In this document: piece after piece, positions 1 through 10,614 of the stretch
Position numbering within the stretch: the first letter of the stretch is position 1
Layout of the letters: the number at the start of each line of letters is the position of its first letter
Origin: an uncultured delta proteobacterium
Lineage (GTDB): Bacteria > Desulfobacterota > RBG-13-43-22
Length of the DNA: 64,000 nucleotides
Reading direction: 5' to 3'
Assembly: GCA_963843145.1 (NCBI GenBank)
Contig: CAWJJC010000002.1
Coordinates: forward strand, 1 to 64,000
The notes under the pieces: model-generated
What the model was told of the DNA's origin: nothing
The model's input: only the letters and a program-made list of their open reading frames with translations
The model's database searches: none
Position numbers and translations under genes: made by a program

Positions 1-463
1 GGCGCCCCGATATCGGGCGCACCTGATGCTGACCGGACGGCGTGGAACGGGCGCTCGAGGTCACGAGCACGCAGCCGCGAGCGCGATACTCCCGCCGCCG
101 CGGCCTGTGCAACAGAAAACTCGGCCCGAGGCTCGCGGGTAGGTCGGGACGGCGCATCCCCCGCACCCTCGCACATCGCACGACGGGCGCGCCGAAGTTG
201 TCCACACACCGTGCAGCCGCGCTGACGCACGCCCCCCCCCCCCCGGCACCGAGTCCGGGTTCACTCGTCGCATTTGGTGGGTTCCATGCATCCGCACCCG
301 CCAGATGCGGGGCGGGAGTATGGCGCCCCCTGATCTGAGTCGCCGCAAATGGTGGGTGCATTGCGCCACACACCCGCCATCTGCGACGACTGAATCTACG
401 TCGCGGCAGCGCCGAACGGGGTAAAACGCGCGGGGACAAGACGTGCCGCTCCCCGCGCGCGGC

Positions 464-1192
464 CTAGTTGGATCCGTAGATCGGTACGCGAAGTCCGTCG
501 AAGTCGTCCCCGACGAGCACGGCCGTGACACCCTCGTCTTCCTCGAGGTCGGCCACCGAGGTGATCAGCGCGCGGGGGACCATGTCCATCGTGCAGATCT
601 GGTCGGCCCGGCGGGTCGACGAACGTGACCGTCACCTCAGCGGCACCGGAAACAGCAGTGGAATCCACGACCGGGACGCGGTCGAGCTGCCCCAGGTCAC
701 GAGCACGAATGCGTCGTCCTCGTCGATCCATCCGGCGCTCGGCGCGTACTCGGAGGCCGTGTTGGTGGGGTCGAGACCCTGCACACCGTCGAGTTCGGTG
801 TCGCCCGTGAAGCCGTCACCCGCGACGGTGATCTCGACGTCGACCGCGGGGTCCATGTCAGGGAGCGCCTCGACGAGGGTCACGCGCGGAACCATGTCCG
901 TCGTGCATACCGCGTCGGTATCGGCATCGGCGAGGATCACGGCAAACGTGCCGTTGTCTTGCAGCGCGGCATCTTCGACGACCGGAACACAGGTCGATGA
1001 CCCGTACGTGATGATGCCGATCATCCGGCCATCGTCGAGCCAGGTCGCGTCGACCTCGACCTCAGAGACACTGCCATCGGCGGTTACGGAGCTGCTGCTC
1101 TCCGGTGACGCGGGCGTGGCCGTGCATCCCGCGAGCACGAGGAGCGCGACCGCTCCGGCGCCGAGCGCAGAGAGTGCTTTGCGAACAGCCAC
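464..1192 (-). CDS. Lipoprotein with two repeated domains (frameshifted in sequence)
   Basis: Signal peptide with lipobox LAGC. The motif T[YW]GSST...C T.DMVPR occurs twice when read across frameshifts near 690 and 610. Stop at 464-466. Confidence 0.7.
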
Positions 1193-1364
1193 GATGGAAC
1201 CTCTCCGGGCGGGATGCCTCGTCCCGTACCCTGCGGACGTGCTGTCGTCCGCTCATCCAACCTGACCGATCCCCCCGGACGCATCACGCGAAGACGGTGA
1301 CAGCGCGATAACGATCAACACTCAAGTCGGTAACGCTCGCGGTACCGAACCGCGGGGTCCGCCC

Positions 1365-2840
1365 CTACTGCAGGGCCGAGGTGAGACGGGCGAGGTTGTC
1401 GAGCACGGTGGAGCGCAGCGGCTGCTGCATCCACTCCTCGAGCGTGAGCTCCCGGCTGAGCGCGCGGTAGCTGGTCCTCGACCTCGCGCATCTGTCCGAC
1501 GAACTCCTCGCCGCGCACGAGCATCGAGATCTCGAGGTTCAGACCGAACGAGCGCATGTCCATGTTGCTCGAGCCGATGACCGCGACCTCGTCGTCGATC
1601 GTGAGGCTCTTGGTGTGCAGGATGTACGGCTTCCGATACATCCAGATCTTCACGCCCGCGCGCAGCAGCGCCTCGTAGTAGCTGCGCTGCGCGTGGTAGA
1701 CCATCGCCTGGTCGCCCTCTTCGCGAGACGAACAGCTCGACGTGCACACCGCGATCGGCACGCGGTGGTGACCGCGAGCAGCAGCGACTCGTCCGGCACG
1801 AAGTACGGGCTGACGATGATGATCTTGCGCTCGGCCGCGTAGAGCAGGCCGAGGAAGAGGCGCAGGTTGTTCTCGGACCTCGAACCCGGGGCCGGATGGC
1901 ACGACCTGGCAGTCGAGATCGCCCGGACCCGTCTCGACATGCTCGACGTCGATCTCGGCCGAGAGCTCTTCGTCGGTCTCGCTGTACCAGTCGGTGAGGA
2001 AGATGGCGTTGACGCTCGCGACGACGGGCCCTGCAGGCGCACCATCAGGTCGACCCAGTGCAGGCCGCGCTTGATGTTCTTCGGCAGGTTGTAGGTCGAG
2101 TCGGTGACGTTCTGCGAACCCATGAACGCAACATCGCCGTCGACGACCAGGAGCTTGCGGTGGTTGCGCAGATCGGGGCGCTGCGTACTTGCCCTTGAAC
2201 GGCTGCACCGGAAGCATCAGGTGCCAGTCGGCGCCCATCGCGTCGAGACGCTTCAGCGTCGCCTTGTAGTGGGGCTTCCACGGTTGGCCCAGTGATCCAG
2301 CAGCACGCGCACCGTGACTCCGCGGGCCGCGACCTCTTCCAGCGCGCGGAAGAAGTTGTCGGTCGCGCCATCGGACTGCAGGATGTAGAACTCGACGTGC
2401 ACGTAGTCCTTCGGCGCCGCGGATCGGCCTCGGCCATCGCGTCGAGCGACTCCTGATAGCTCGGCGATCAGAGTGCACGCCGTTGTCGCCGGCGAGGGGC
2501 AGCGCGCCCAGGTTGCTGGTTCATCTTGACGAGCGACGTGAACCATGTGGGCGCATCCGGACGCAGCGTGCCGAAGTGCAGGTGCTCGGTGGCCTCGTGG
2601 ATGTACTCGTTGATCTGGTGCTGCTTGCGCCGACGAGCGCGCGGCAGCCGCGGGTTACCGATCAGGAGGAAGAGGAAGACACCGACGAACGGGATGAAGA
2701 AGATGGCCAGCAGCCAGGCCATCGCCGCCGTGGGGCGGCGGTTGCGCGGGATGACGATGATCGCCGCAGATGCGGATGGCCAGATCGAAAACGAGGACGG
2801 CGACCAGCCACCACGTGATATCGAGATTAAAGACGAGCAC
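1365..2840 (-). CDS. cls: Cardiolipin synthase (multiple frameshifts)
   Basis: N-terminal PLDc_N segment AMAWLLAIFFIPFVG and two HKD motifs (LRNHRKLLVVDG; LHTKSLTIDDEVAVIGSSNMD) spread over several frames. Confidence 0.9.
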
Positions 2841-2882
2841 CCGTTTCCCTCCGCCGGCTCGTGCTCAGCGTAGCGGGGTGGG

Positions 2883-3080
2883 TCAGCGTGTCGCGGGACG
2901 CGGGTCTTCCGGCGCGGGAGCGATGCCCCGCTCCGCGCGCTGCTCGGCCTCGATCTGGGCGTAGACGCGGCGCTCGGTGCGGTCCATGCGAATGATTCCG
3001 CGCAGAACGAAGAAGAAGACGACGGAGACCACGAGGGTCGGCAAAATCGACCAGATCAGTGCCGCCCAGTAGCCTTCCAC
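2883..3080 (-). CDS. Small membrane protein
   Basis: GTG start after GGAGAG, one hydrophobic helix, then a charged tail (DRTERRVYAQIEAEQRAERG). Confidence 0.7.
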   Translation of the reverse strand: MEGYWAALIWSILPTLVVSVVFFFVLRGIIRMDRTERRVYAQIEAEQRAERGIAPAPEDPRPATR

Positions 3081-3207
3081 CTCTCCAGGATACGTCGGCC
3101 GGGAGGCGAAGGACGTTCGGATCTCAACAGCGGGTCCCAGAGCCGGTCGTCCCCCGATTCCGCCTTCCCGCCGGTCGCGGCGCCGGCGTCCAGGCCACTC
3201 TGGCCGC

Positions 3208-4346
3208 ATGCCCACCATCATCAAGGCCTCCGACGCCGCAGACTTCCTCGCCCTCGTTCCCGCTCTGGCCGGCTATCGCCCTCGGCAGAGCCTCGCGCTC
3301 GTGCTGTTCCGCGGCAAACGGACGGCCGGGGTCATGCGCTACGACCTGCCCGGGCCGGACGCCGTCGAAGCGATGGCTTCGACCACGATCGGGCTCGCCT
3401 GCAAGGTAGACCGCATCGACGGCATCGCGATCGTCGTTTATACGGAAAAGGGCTTCCGCGACGGGCCATCGGGCCCGATCGCCTGGCGGATCTCGTCGCC
3501 GCGCTGGAGAAGCGGGCGCATGTATGCGGACTGCGGGTCGTGGAGGCCCTCTGCGTTGCGGGCGACGCGTGGGGACTATGAGGATGCCGAGGCACGACCC
3601 TCTCCGAGGTCGAGCAGCGCGAGGCGGAGCTCCCCATGCCGGTGCCGACGGGCGACCAAGGCGCCGGGTGCTACCTCCCGAGGTCGATCTGGCCGAGAAA
3701 GAACGAGTCGGCCGAGCGCTCCTCGCGATCGACGATGCGGCCGAGGTGCTCCTGGCCGCACCCGCGAACGCCGAGGACACCGACGTCCCTTCACTGGCGC
3801 GACTGGACCCGCGAGCGCTCGCGGCTCGTCATCGCACTGGATGACCTCCCCGAGTGTTCGAAGACGCCTGACCTGGGACCCCGAAACCCTCGATGCGTTC
3901 TCGAGCGCCGTGCTGCTCTGGTGCCTGCGGCGCCCGCGCTGCGAGATGTCGCGCTGCAGCAATGGGCCGGAGACATCCACGCGGGCGAGCTGCGCGCTCG
4001 TCGCTCAGGTGCGCTGGGAGGCCGGGGATGAGTATCCGACAGAGCTGGGTGCCCGATTCTGCGGCGAGGGGCCGCGCCCCGATCCCGGCCGCTTGCACCG
4101 CGCGCGAAACCTCGTTCGTCGCATCGCGGCCGCCGCCGCGACGCGATGCCCGACCGGGGCCTTTGGCCGCGGCCGCGTGGCTCGTTGGGCGCTCGGCGGT
4201 TCGACACACGCGGGCTGGTACGCCGAGCGGCCCTCGAGATCGACCCCGAGCACGGCCTGTCGCAGATCGTGATGAGCATGTGCGCGGCATCACACCTGCC
4301 TGAGTGGGCGTTCCGGCGCAGCCCGCGACGGGTGAGTGCTACTTGA
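3208..4346 (+). CDS. DUF4192 family protein (frameshifted)
   Basis: Start [32 protein letters not shown] and end [10 protein letters not shown]...[14 protein letters not shown] match this actinobacterial family. Confidence 0.75.
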
Positions 4347-5862
4347 CGAGCGGGAACAGGATGGTCTCGCGGATGCCGAGCCCGGTGATCGCCATCAGCA
4401 GGCGGTCGATTCCCATGCCCATTCCGCCCGAGGGCGGCATGCCGTGCTCGAGGGCGCGCAGGAACTCCTCGTCGATGCGCATGGCCTCGACGTCGCCCCG
4501 CGACGCGAGCACGGCCTGTTCGACGAAGCGCTCGCGCTGGATCACCGGGTCGACGAGTTCGGAGTAGCCCGTGGCGAGCTCGAACCCGCGGATGTACAGG
4601 TCCCACTTCTCCACGACACCCTCGATCGAGCGGTGCTCGCGCACGAGCGGGCTCGTGTCGACCGGGAAGTCCATCACGAAGGTCGGGCGCACGAGGTCGC
4701 CCTTCACGAAGTGCTCCCACAGCTCCTCGACCAGCTTGCCGTGGGTCGCGTGCGCGGGCGCGTCGACACCGGATGCCGCGGCGAGCGCGAGCAGTTCGTC
4801 GACGGATGTCTGGGGAGTGACCTCGTGGCCGCTCGCCGCCGACAGCGACTCGTACATCGAGATGCGGTCCCACTCGCCGCCCAGGTCGTACTCGGTGCCA
4901 TCGGCCCAGGTCACCGTCGTCGACCCGGCGACCGCGACGCGCGGCGTTCTGGATGAGCTCCTGCGTCAGGTCGGCGATGCCGTTGTAGTCGCAGTACGAC
5001 TGGTAGGCCTCGAGCATCGCGAACTCGGGGCTGTGCGTCGAGTCGGCGCCCTCGTTGCGGAAGTTGCGGTTGATCTCGAAGACCCGATCGAGGCCCCCGA
5101 CGACCGCGCGCTTCAGGAACAGCTCGGGCGCGATGCGCAGGAACAGCTCGGTGTCGAAAGCGTTCGAGTGCGTCACGAACGGGCGGGCGCGCGCGCCGCC
5201 GTGCTGCACCTGCAGCATCGGCGTCTCGACCTCGAGGAAGTCGTGCGCCGCGAACGTCGCGCGCAGGCTCGCGTTGACCGCCGCGCGGGCGCGCACGGTC
5301 TGGCGCGCGCCTGCTCGCGCACGATCAGGTCGAGGTAGCGGCGCGCACGCGGCTCTCCTCGTTGAGCTCGGAGTACATGTTCGGCAGCGGCAGGATCGCC
5401 TTGGCCGCGATCTGCCACTCGTCGACCATGATCGAGAGCTCACCGCGGCGGCTCGAGATGACCTCGCCCGCGACGAAGACGTGGTCGCCCAGGTCGACGA
5501 GTTCCTTCCAGCGCTGCAACGATTCCTCGCCGACATCGGCCAGCGAGACCATCGCCTGGATGCGGCTGCCATCGCCGGCCTGCAGCGTCGCGAAGCAGAG
5601 CTTGCCGGTGTTGCGGCTGAAGACGATGCGTCCGGCGATGGCGGCGCGCACGCCCGTCGCGGCGTCCGCCTCGAGCTCGCCGTACTCTCGCGCGAGCGCG
5701 GGATCGTGTCGGTCACGGGAACGCTCGACGGGGTAGGCACCGCCCGCGGCATCCGTCCGCTCGTCGATGCAGCCGCTCGCGCTTGGCGAGCCGCACCGCC
5801 TTCTGCTCGAAGATGTCCTCCTCATCGGGGACAGCGTCGGACGGCACAGAAGAATCGGTCAT
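4339..5862 (-). CDS. lysS: Lysine--tRNA ligase, class II (frameshifted)
   Basis: Motifs [38 protein letters not shown] and [15 protein letters not shown]. Confidence 0.95.
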
Positions 5863-5961
5863 CGGCGGGGGCTCCTCGAAAGTCGATACGAGTCTATCCG
5901 CGCACACTCGAGCCTTCGTCTGCCTGTTCCCACACACTCGCGGGCCGCCAAAGACAGCGAC

Positions 5962-6841
5962 TCAGCGGATGTAGACCTCGGCATTATCGATGAACCGGTG
6001 CCCCGCGACCGTCGCCGCGATCAACACCAGCGCCGCGCCCTCGTGTCCCTCGTCAGCGGGCAAGAACGTTTCGGGATCGACGACGCTCAGGTACTCGAGT
6101 CGGATACGCTCCTCGCCCATGAGAGACGACTGAGCTGCCGCAATGCAGGCGTCGACGCCGCGGTCGGCGTTGGAGGCGGCGGCTTCGAGCGCGGCAACGA
6201 GCTTGCCGGCCGCTTTGAGGTCGCGCTCTTCGAGCATGCCGATTCGCGTCGAGATCGGCAGACCGTCGTCATCGCGTACGGTGTCGACCTCGAGCACCTC
6301 GACGTCGAGGTACAGGTCGCGCACCATCCGGCGCACGAGGAAGATGCGCTGTGCATCGCGGCGACCGTAGACCGCGAAATCCGGTCGAACGAGGTTCATG
6401 AGCTTCGCCTCGACCGTCAGCAGCCCATCGAAGTAGCCCGGGCGGGCACGTCCCTCGAAGCGCAACCCGAGGTCACCCGCCGCGATCTTCGTCGTCTGCG
6501 AGCCGTGCGGTAGCAGCTCGTCGGCGCTCGGGCGCGAAGACGATGTCGACTCCCAGTGACTCGAGCAGCGCCGCATCCGCGTCCGGCGTGCGCGGGTAGG
6601 CCTCGAAGGCGCTCGTGGTCGCGAAGCGCAACGGGTTGACGAAGATCGAGACCACCACGATATCGGCGCGTTCCCGGGCCAGGTGGATGAGGTCGATGTG
6701 CCCGTCGTGGAGCGCGCCGATGGTGGAGATGAGTGCGACGGTGGGCTCGGCGGAGGTATCCCGCGCCGCATCCCCCGTCGTCCGTGCTGCGCTTCTGGCT
6801 TCCGCCAGTCGGGTGCGCAGCTCGGCGATGGAGCTGATCAT
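5962..6841 (-). CDS. panC: Pantoate--beta-alanine ligase (frameshifted)
   Basis: Motifs TIGALHDGH, VVVSIFVNPL, RPGYFDG, TVRDDDGLPISTR and RFIDN. Confidence 0.85.
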
Positions 6842-7627
6842 CCTTGGATGCTACCCCGGCAGCCCATCCGGCCCGTCCAGCCGGTCGTCCAGCCCGTCGC
6901 GCCCGACCCAACCGGCGTCGCCGCCGCTGCCCCGAACGATGCCTTCCCAATCCGGGGTGGTCTCGAGGGTGAGCGCCTTATCGACCGTCGAGCGGACGAG
7001 CGCCGACAGGAGCCGCCCGGATTGTCGATGCCGATACCGCGCAGCAGCGACGTGGACTGCTGGACCACCGCGCGCGAGAACTCCGTCGCCGTCGCGATGG
7101 CCTCCGCGTACGAGGCGCGATCGGCTTCGGCGACGACGACGGGCTCGCACCGAGTTCGACCGCGAGCGCCTGCGCGATCGGCAGCACGGGCGCGGGTGCC
7201 GTGACCGCGCGCGTACCCTGCCTGCAGCTGACGCAGGTCGATGTCGTGCCGGTGAAGGCCATCGCGGGGTGAACCGCGAGCGGGATCGCCCCCGCCGACA
7301 GCGCGGGCGGAGGACGTCCGTGCCGAACCGCGGCGTCCGTGTGCAGCACGAGCTGGCCCGGCTGCCAGGCCGACACCGCGGCCAGGCCCGCAACCAGCTC
7401 GGCGAGCTGATCGCCGGGACCGCGAGGATGACGAGCTCGCTGCGCGCGACGATCTCGGGCGGTCGAGGTGCGGCACACCCGGCAGCATCGCCTCGACACG
7501 GTCGCGGGTCGGACACCGGGCGTGATGCCGACAGCGCGTGCCCGGCCCCGCCGAGCGCGGCACCGATGATCGGACCGACGCGTCCGGCGCCGATGATGCC
7601 GACGCCGAGGCGTCCCGCGCGGTTCAT
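6838..7627 (-). CDS. Rossmann-like / DUF2520 domain protein (frameshifted)
   Basis: VGIIGAGRVG nucleotide-binding motif and AVHPAMAFTG. Usual position upstream of panC. Confidence 0.8.
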
Positions 7628-7768
7628 GACGTCACCTCCGAGGTCGGGTCCGTGGTCGACTCAGCGGTGGTCGACTCGGCCGTCCAGCCGTGGTCGGACT
7701 CGGCCGTTGCATCCGAACCCGCGTCCGATTCCGCCCACCGGTGGCTGCGGTCGGCGGAGGAGGCAGCG
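7624..7768 (-). CDS. 3' end of upstream gene (probably a PH-domain membrane protein), cut by the junction
   Basis: Minus frame reads AASSADRSHRWAES...EVTS-stop, overlapping the next ATG (ATGA). Confidence 0.45.
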
Positions 7769-7769
7769 G

Positions 7770-8117
7770 ATGATGATAGAACATTACGGCGGGGCCTTCC
7801 CGGTCTGGCTGGCCCCGGTGCAGGCCATCGTCCTTTCGGTCACCGACCGGTCCAGCGAATATAGCCGCGAGGTCCACCAGGAACTATTGAAAGCCGGGGT
7901 GCGCTCGGAGCTGGACATCCGCAACGAGAAGTTAGGGCTTAAAGTTAGGGAGGCGCAGCTTCAGAAAATCCCTTACATGGTCGTGGTCGGCGACAAGGAA
8001 GCGGAAGAAAAGACGGTCAGTCCCCGGGCCCGAAGCGGCGAAAATCTGGGGGCCATGGATCTAAGCACTTTTATTCAGCGGATTCAGGCTGAATCGATCC
8101 CGGGCTTTAAGGAATAA
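7770..8117 (+). CDS. thrS: Threonine--tRNA ligase, C-terminal part only
   Basis: IEHYGGAFPVWLAPVQ...NEKLGLKVREAQLQKIPYMVVVGDKE anticodon-binding domain, directly upstream of infC. Confidence 0.95.
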   Translation: MMIEHYGGAFPVWLAPVQAIVLSVTDRSSEYSREVHQELLKAGVRSELDIRNEKLGLKVREAQLQKIPYMVVVGDKEAEEKTVSPRARSGENLGAMDLSTFIQRIQAESIPGFKE

Positions 8118-8136
8118 TAGCCAAAGTTAGGATCTC

Positions 8137-8298
8137 AAAATTCGAAACTCGAAGCACGAAATCGACTCGGCTGAGCTCGTCGCAGGCCGAAACAAGCACG
8201 AAAGTTCAAAATCCAAATGATCGAAACAAAAACGTTTCGAATTTTGAGATTTGGTCATTTGAATTTGTTTCGGATTTCGGATTTCGGGTTTTGGATTT
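8137..8298. repeat. Heptamer-unit (AAATCCG/AAGCACG) inverted repeat with a nested hairpin
   Basis: Left arm aaattcg aaactcg aagcacg; right arm tttcgga tttcgga tttcggg. Related to 42204-42343 and 35233-35288. Confidence 0.85.
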
Positions 8299-8322
8299 AA
8301 TGAATTTTAAGGAGGTGGTTTT

Positions 8323-8829
8323 ATAAGCAAGTCTGCCAACGTAAACTCGGAGATCAGGGCGGCGAATGTCCGAGTCATCGCCGAGGATGGGAGCCAATTG
8401 GGGATCTTTTCCATAGCCCAGGCCTTAGCCCTGGCTAAGGAAGGGGCTTTGGATTTGGTTGAAGTGGCGCCGAATCTGGACCCGCCCGTATGTCGAATCA
8501 TGGATTATGGCAAGTATCGGTACCAGCAGACCAAGAAAGTCCATGAAGCCAAAAAAAAGCGGACCATCATCCAAGTCAAAGAAGTCAAGATTCGACCGAA
8601 AACCGAGGAACACGATTATCAGTTCAAGCTGAGGAATATTCGCAAGTTTTTAACCAAGAAAAATAAAACCAAAGTTTTCCTTCTTTTCCGCGGCCGGGAA
8701 CTTCAATACGTGGAGGCGGCCAAGAACGTGTTATTACGCATTGTCGAGGAAACGAAGGATCTGGCCGTGGTCGAGCAGAACCCCAAGCTGGAAGGCCGGA
8801 ATATGACCATGGTCCTCAGCCCGAAGTAA
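8323..8829 (+). CDS. infC: Translation initiation factor IF-3, ATA start
   Basis: SD GGAGGT at 8311, then in-frame ATA AGC AAG...VNSEIRA. Motifs LDLVEVAP, PPVCRIMDYGK and HDYQFK. Confidence 0.95.
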   Translation: MSKSANVNSEIRAANVRVIAEDGSQLGIFSIAQALALAKEGALDLVEVAPNLDPPVCRIMDYGKYRYQQTKKVHEAKKKRTIIQVKEVKIRPKTEEHDYQFKLRNIRKFLTKKNKTKVFLLFRGRELQYVEAAKNVLLRIVEETKDLAVVEQNPKLEGRNMTMVLSPK

Positions 8830-8908
8830 TTCCGAGCCGCCCTCTAAAACCCGGTAAACAGGGGAGGGGGAGTATTTTTTTAGGCCCCAGGCCTTAAGGA
8901 GAATTATT

Positions 8909-9106
8909 ATGCCCAAGATGAAATCGAACCGTGGGGCTGCCAAGCGTTTTAAGATAACCGGCACGGGGAAGGTCGCCCGGTCCAAGGCCTTCGGCAGCCA
9001 TATCTTGACCAGTAAAACCCGTAAACGGAAGAGAAAGCTCCGCAAAGGGGCGTTAGTCAGCAAGGCGAACAGTCGAGCCTTGAAAAGAATGTTACCGTAT
9101 AGCTGA
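8909..9106 (+). CDS. rpmI: 50S ribosomal protein L35
   Basis: [21 protein letters not shown]. Confidence 0.98.
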   Translation: MPKMKSNRGAAKRFKITGTGKVARSKAFGSHILTSKTRKRKRKLRKGALVSKANSRALKRMLPYS

Positions 9107-9130
9107 TTTCAAATTTTGAGGTGAACGAAA

Positions 9131-9481
9131 ATGCCCAGAGTTAAAAGGGGCTTCAAAGCCCGTCGACGCCGAAACAAAACACTTAAGATGGCCAAGGGGT
9201 ATCGGGGCGCTCGCAGCCGCCTGTACAAAACCGCTACCGAGGCCGTAGATCGCGCCCTGAAGTATGCTTACCGGGACCGCCGAGTCCGCAAACGGGAAAT
9301 GCGCGGCCTGTGGATCGTCCGGATCAGCGCCGCCGTCAAGCAGCACGGCCTGTCCTATAGCCGCTTCATCGGCGACTTGAAAAAGGCCAATATCGCTTTA
9401 GACCGCAAGGTTCTTTCCGAGATGGCCATTCACGACCCCGACCGGTTCAGCCAGTTAATCAAAATGGTTCCCCAGGCGTAA
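9131..9481 (+). CDS. rplT: 50S ribosomal protein L20
   Basis: MPRVKRG...AKGYRGARS...YAYRDR...LWIVRI. Confidence 0.98.
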   Translation: MPRVKRGFKARRRRNKTLKMAKGYRGARSRLYKTATEAVDRALKYAYRDRRVRKREMRGLWIVRISAAVKQHGLSYSRFIGDLKKANIALDRKVLSEMAIHDPDRFSQLIKMVPQA

Positions 9482-9536
9482 GGTCGGATCCCTCAGGGGT
9501 CGACTCGCCGATTTCAATCGCTTCTGAAATCCGCCC

Positions 9537-10547
9537 ATGTTAAATCGTTTGAAAGTCCTGGAAGAGGCCGTCCGGGCCGCCTTGCCCCGTCTGGAAAGGC
9601 GCGCCGATATTGAGGCTCTGCAGTTCAAGACCCTGGGCCGTAAAGGGGAATTGAACCAGATTATGCGGGACCTGGGGACCTTATCTCCGGAAGAACGGCC
9701 GGTTGTAGGCCAGGAGGCTAATAGGATCAAGGGGGAATTGGAGCGACTCTTCGAGGGGGCCAAAATTTCCCTGGATTCGGGTGTGAAGGAAGAGTCCTTT
9801 TCGGGGATCGATTGGAGCCTGCCCGGTCGGAGGGGTTTTCGAGGCCGGAGGCATCCCCTGACCCAGACCCTGGACGAAATCTGCGGCATCTTTTCCCGGC
9901 TAAACTTCGAAGTGGTTGAAGGGCCGGAAATAGAGCTGGACTATTATAATTTCGAAGCCTTGAATATTCCCCCGGACCATCCGGCCCGAGACATGCAGGA
10001 TACCTTCTACCTCACCGATACCCTGCTTCTCCGCACTCAAACCTCTCCCATGCAGGTGCGGGTCATGGAAAAACGGAAACCCCCGGTACAAATCATCTCC
10101 CCGGGCAAGGTCTATCGGCGGGATTCGGATATATCCCATTCCCCTATGTTTCACCAGGTGGAAGGGTTGATGGTGGGTGAGGGGATCAGCTTCGGGGACT
10201 TAAAGGGGATTCTGACCTTGTTCGTTCAGCGGATGTTCGGAGATGAGACCCCGCTGCGCTTTCGCCCCAGCTTTTTTCCTTTTACCGAGCCCAGCGCGGA
10301 GGTAGACATCGGTTGTGTGCTCTGCCGGGGCGCCGGCTGCCGTCTCTGTTCCCAGACCGGCTGGCTGGAGATTTTGGGTTCAGGAATGGTCGACCCGGAG
10401 GTCTACCGCTTTGTGAATTATGACCCGGATGTCGTCAGCGGGTTTGCCTTTGGTCTGGGGGTGGAACGGATTGCCATGCTCAAGTACGGCATCGACGATA
10501 TCCGACTGTTTTACGAGAATGACCAGCGATTTCTGAAGCAATTCTGA
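9537..10547 (+). CDS. pheS: Phenylalanine--tRNA ligase alpha subunit
   Basis: HPARDMQDTF, FHQVEG, FPFTEPS and GFAFGLGVER. Confidence 0.98.
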   Translation: MLNRLKVLEEAVRAALPRLERRADIEALQFKTLGRKGELNQIMRDLGTLSPEERPVVGQEANRIKGELERLFEGAKISLDSGVKEESFSGIDWSLPGRRGFRGRRHPLTQTLDEICGIFSRLNFEVVEGPEIELDYYNFEALNIPPDHPARDMQDTFYLTDTLLLRTQTSPMQVRVMEKRKPPVQIISPGKVYRRDSDISHSPMFHQVEGLMVGEGISFGDLKGILTLFVQRMFGDETPLRFRPSFFPFTEPSAEVDIGCVLCRGAGCRLCSQTGWLEILGSGMVDPEVYRFVNYDPDVVSGFAFGLGVERIAMLKYGIDDIRLFYENDQRFLKQF

Positions 10548-10614
10548 TGAGATCATTAGCGTTTCCAAATAACCTATCCCCTTGCGCCTCGCGCCTTACG
10601 CCTTACTTCGACAG

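Larger units (their letters stand above)
1..7768. other. Actinobacterial (Microbacteriaceae-like) segment, low sequence accuracy
   Basis: Much higher GC than the rest. Gene order cls-DUF4192-lysS-panC-DUF2520 is typical of Microbacterium-like genomes. Almost every gene is broken by single-base indels. Confidence 0.85.

Noticed and set aside
1-7768. Horizontal transfer or mass pseudogenisation of actinobacterial genes
   Set aside because: Essential genes such as lysS have scattered single-base indels and the junction cuts thrS; a low-accuracy chimeric read explains both.
6615-8117. 500-aa ORF as a novel ThrRS fusion
   Set aside because: It is antisense actinobacterial sequence read through the chimeric junction into thrS.
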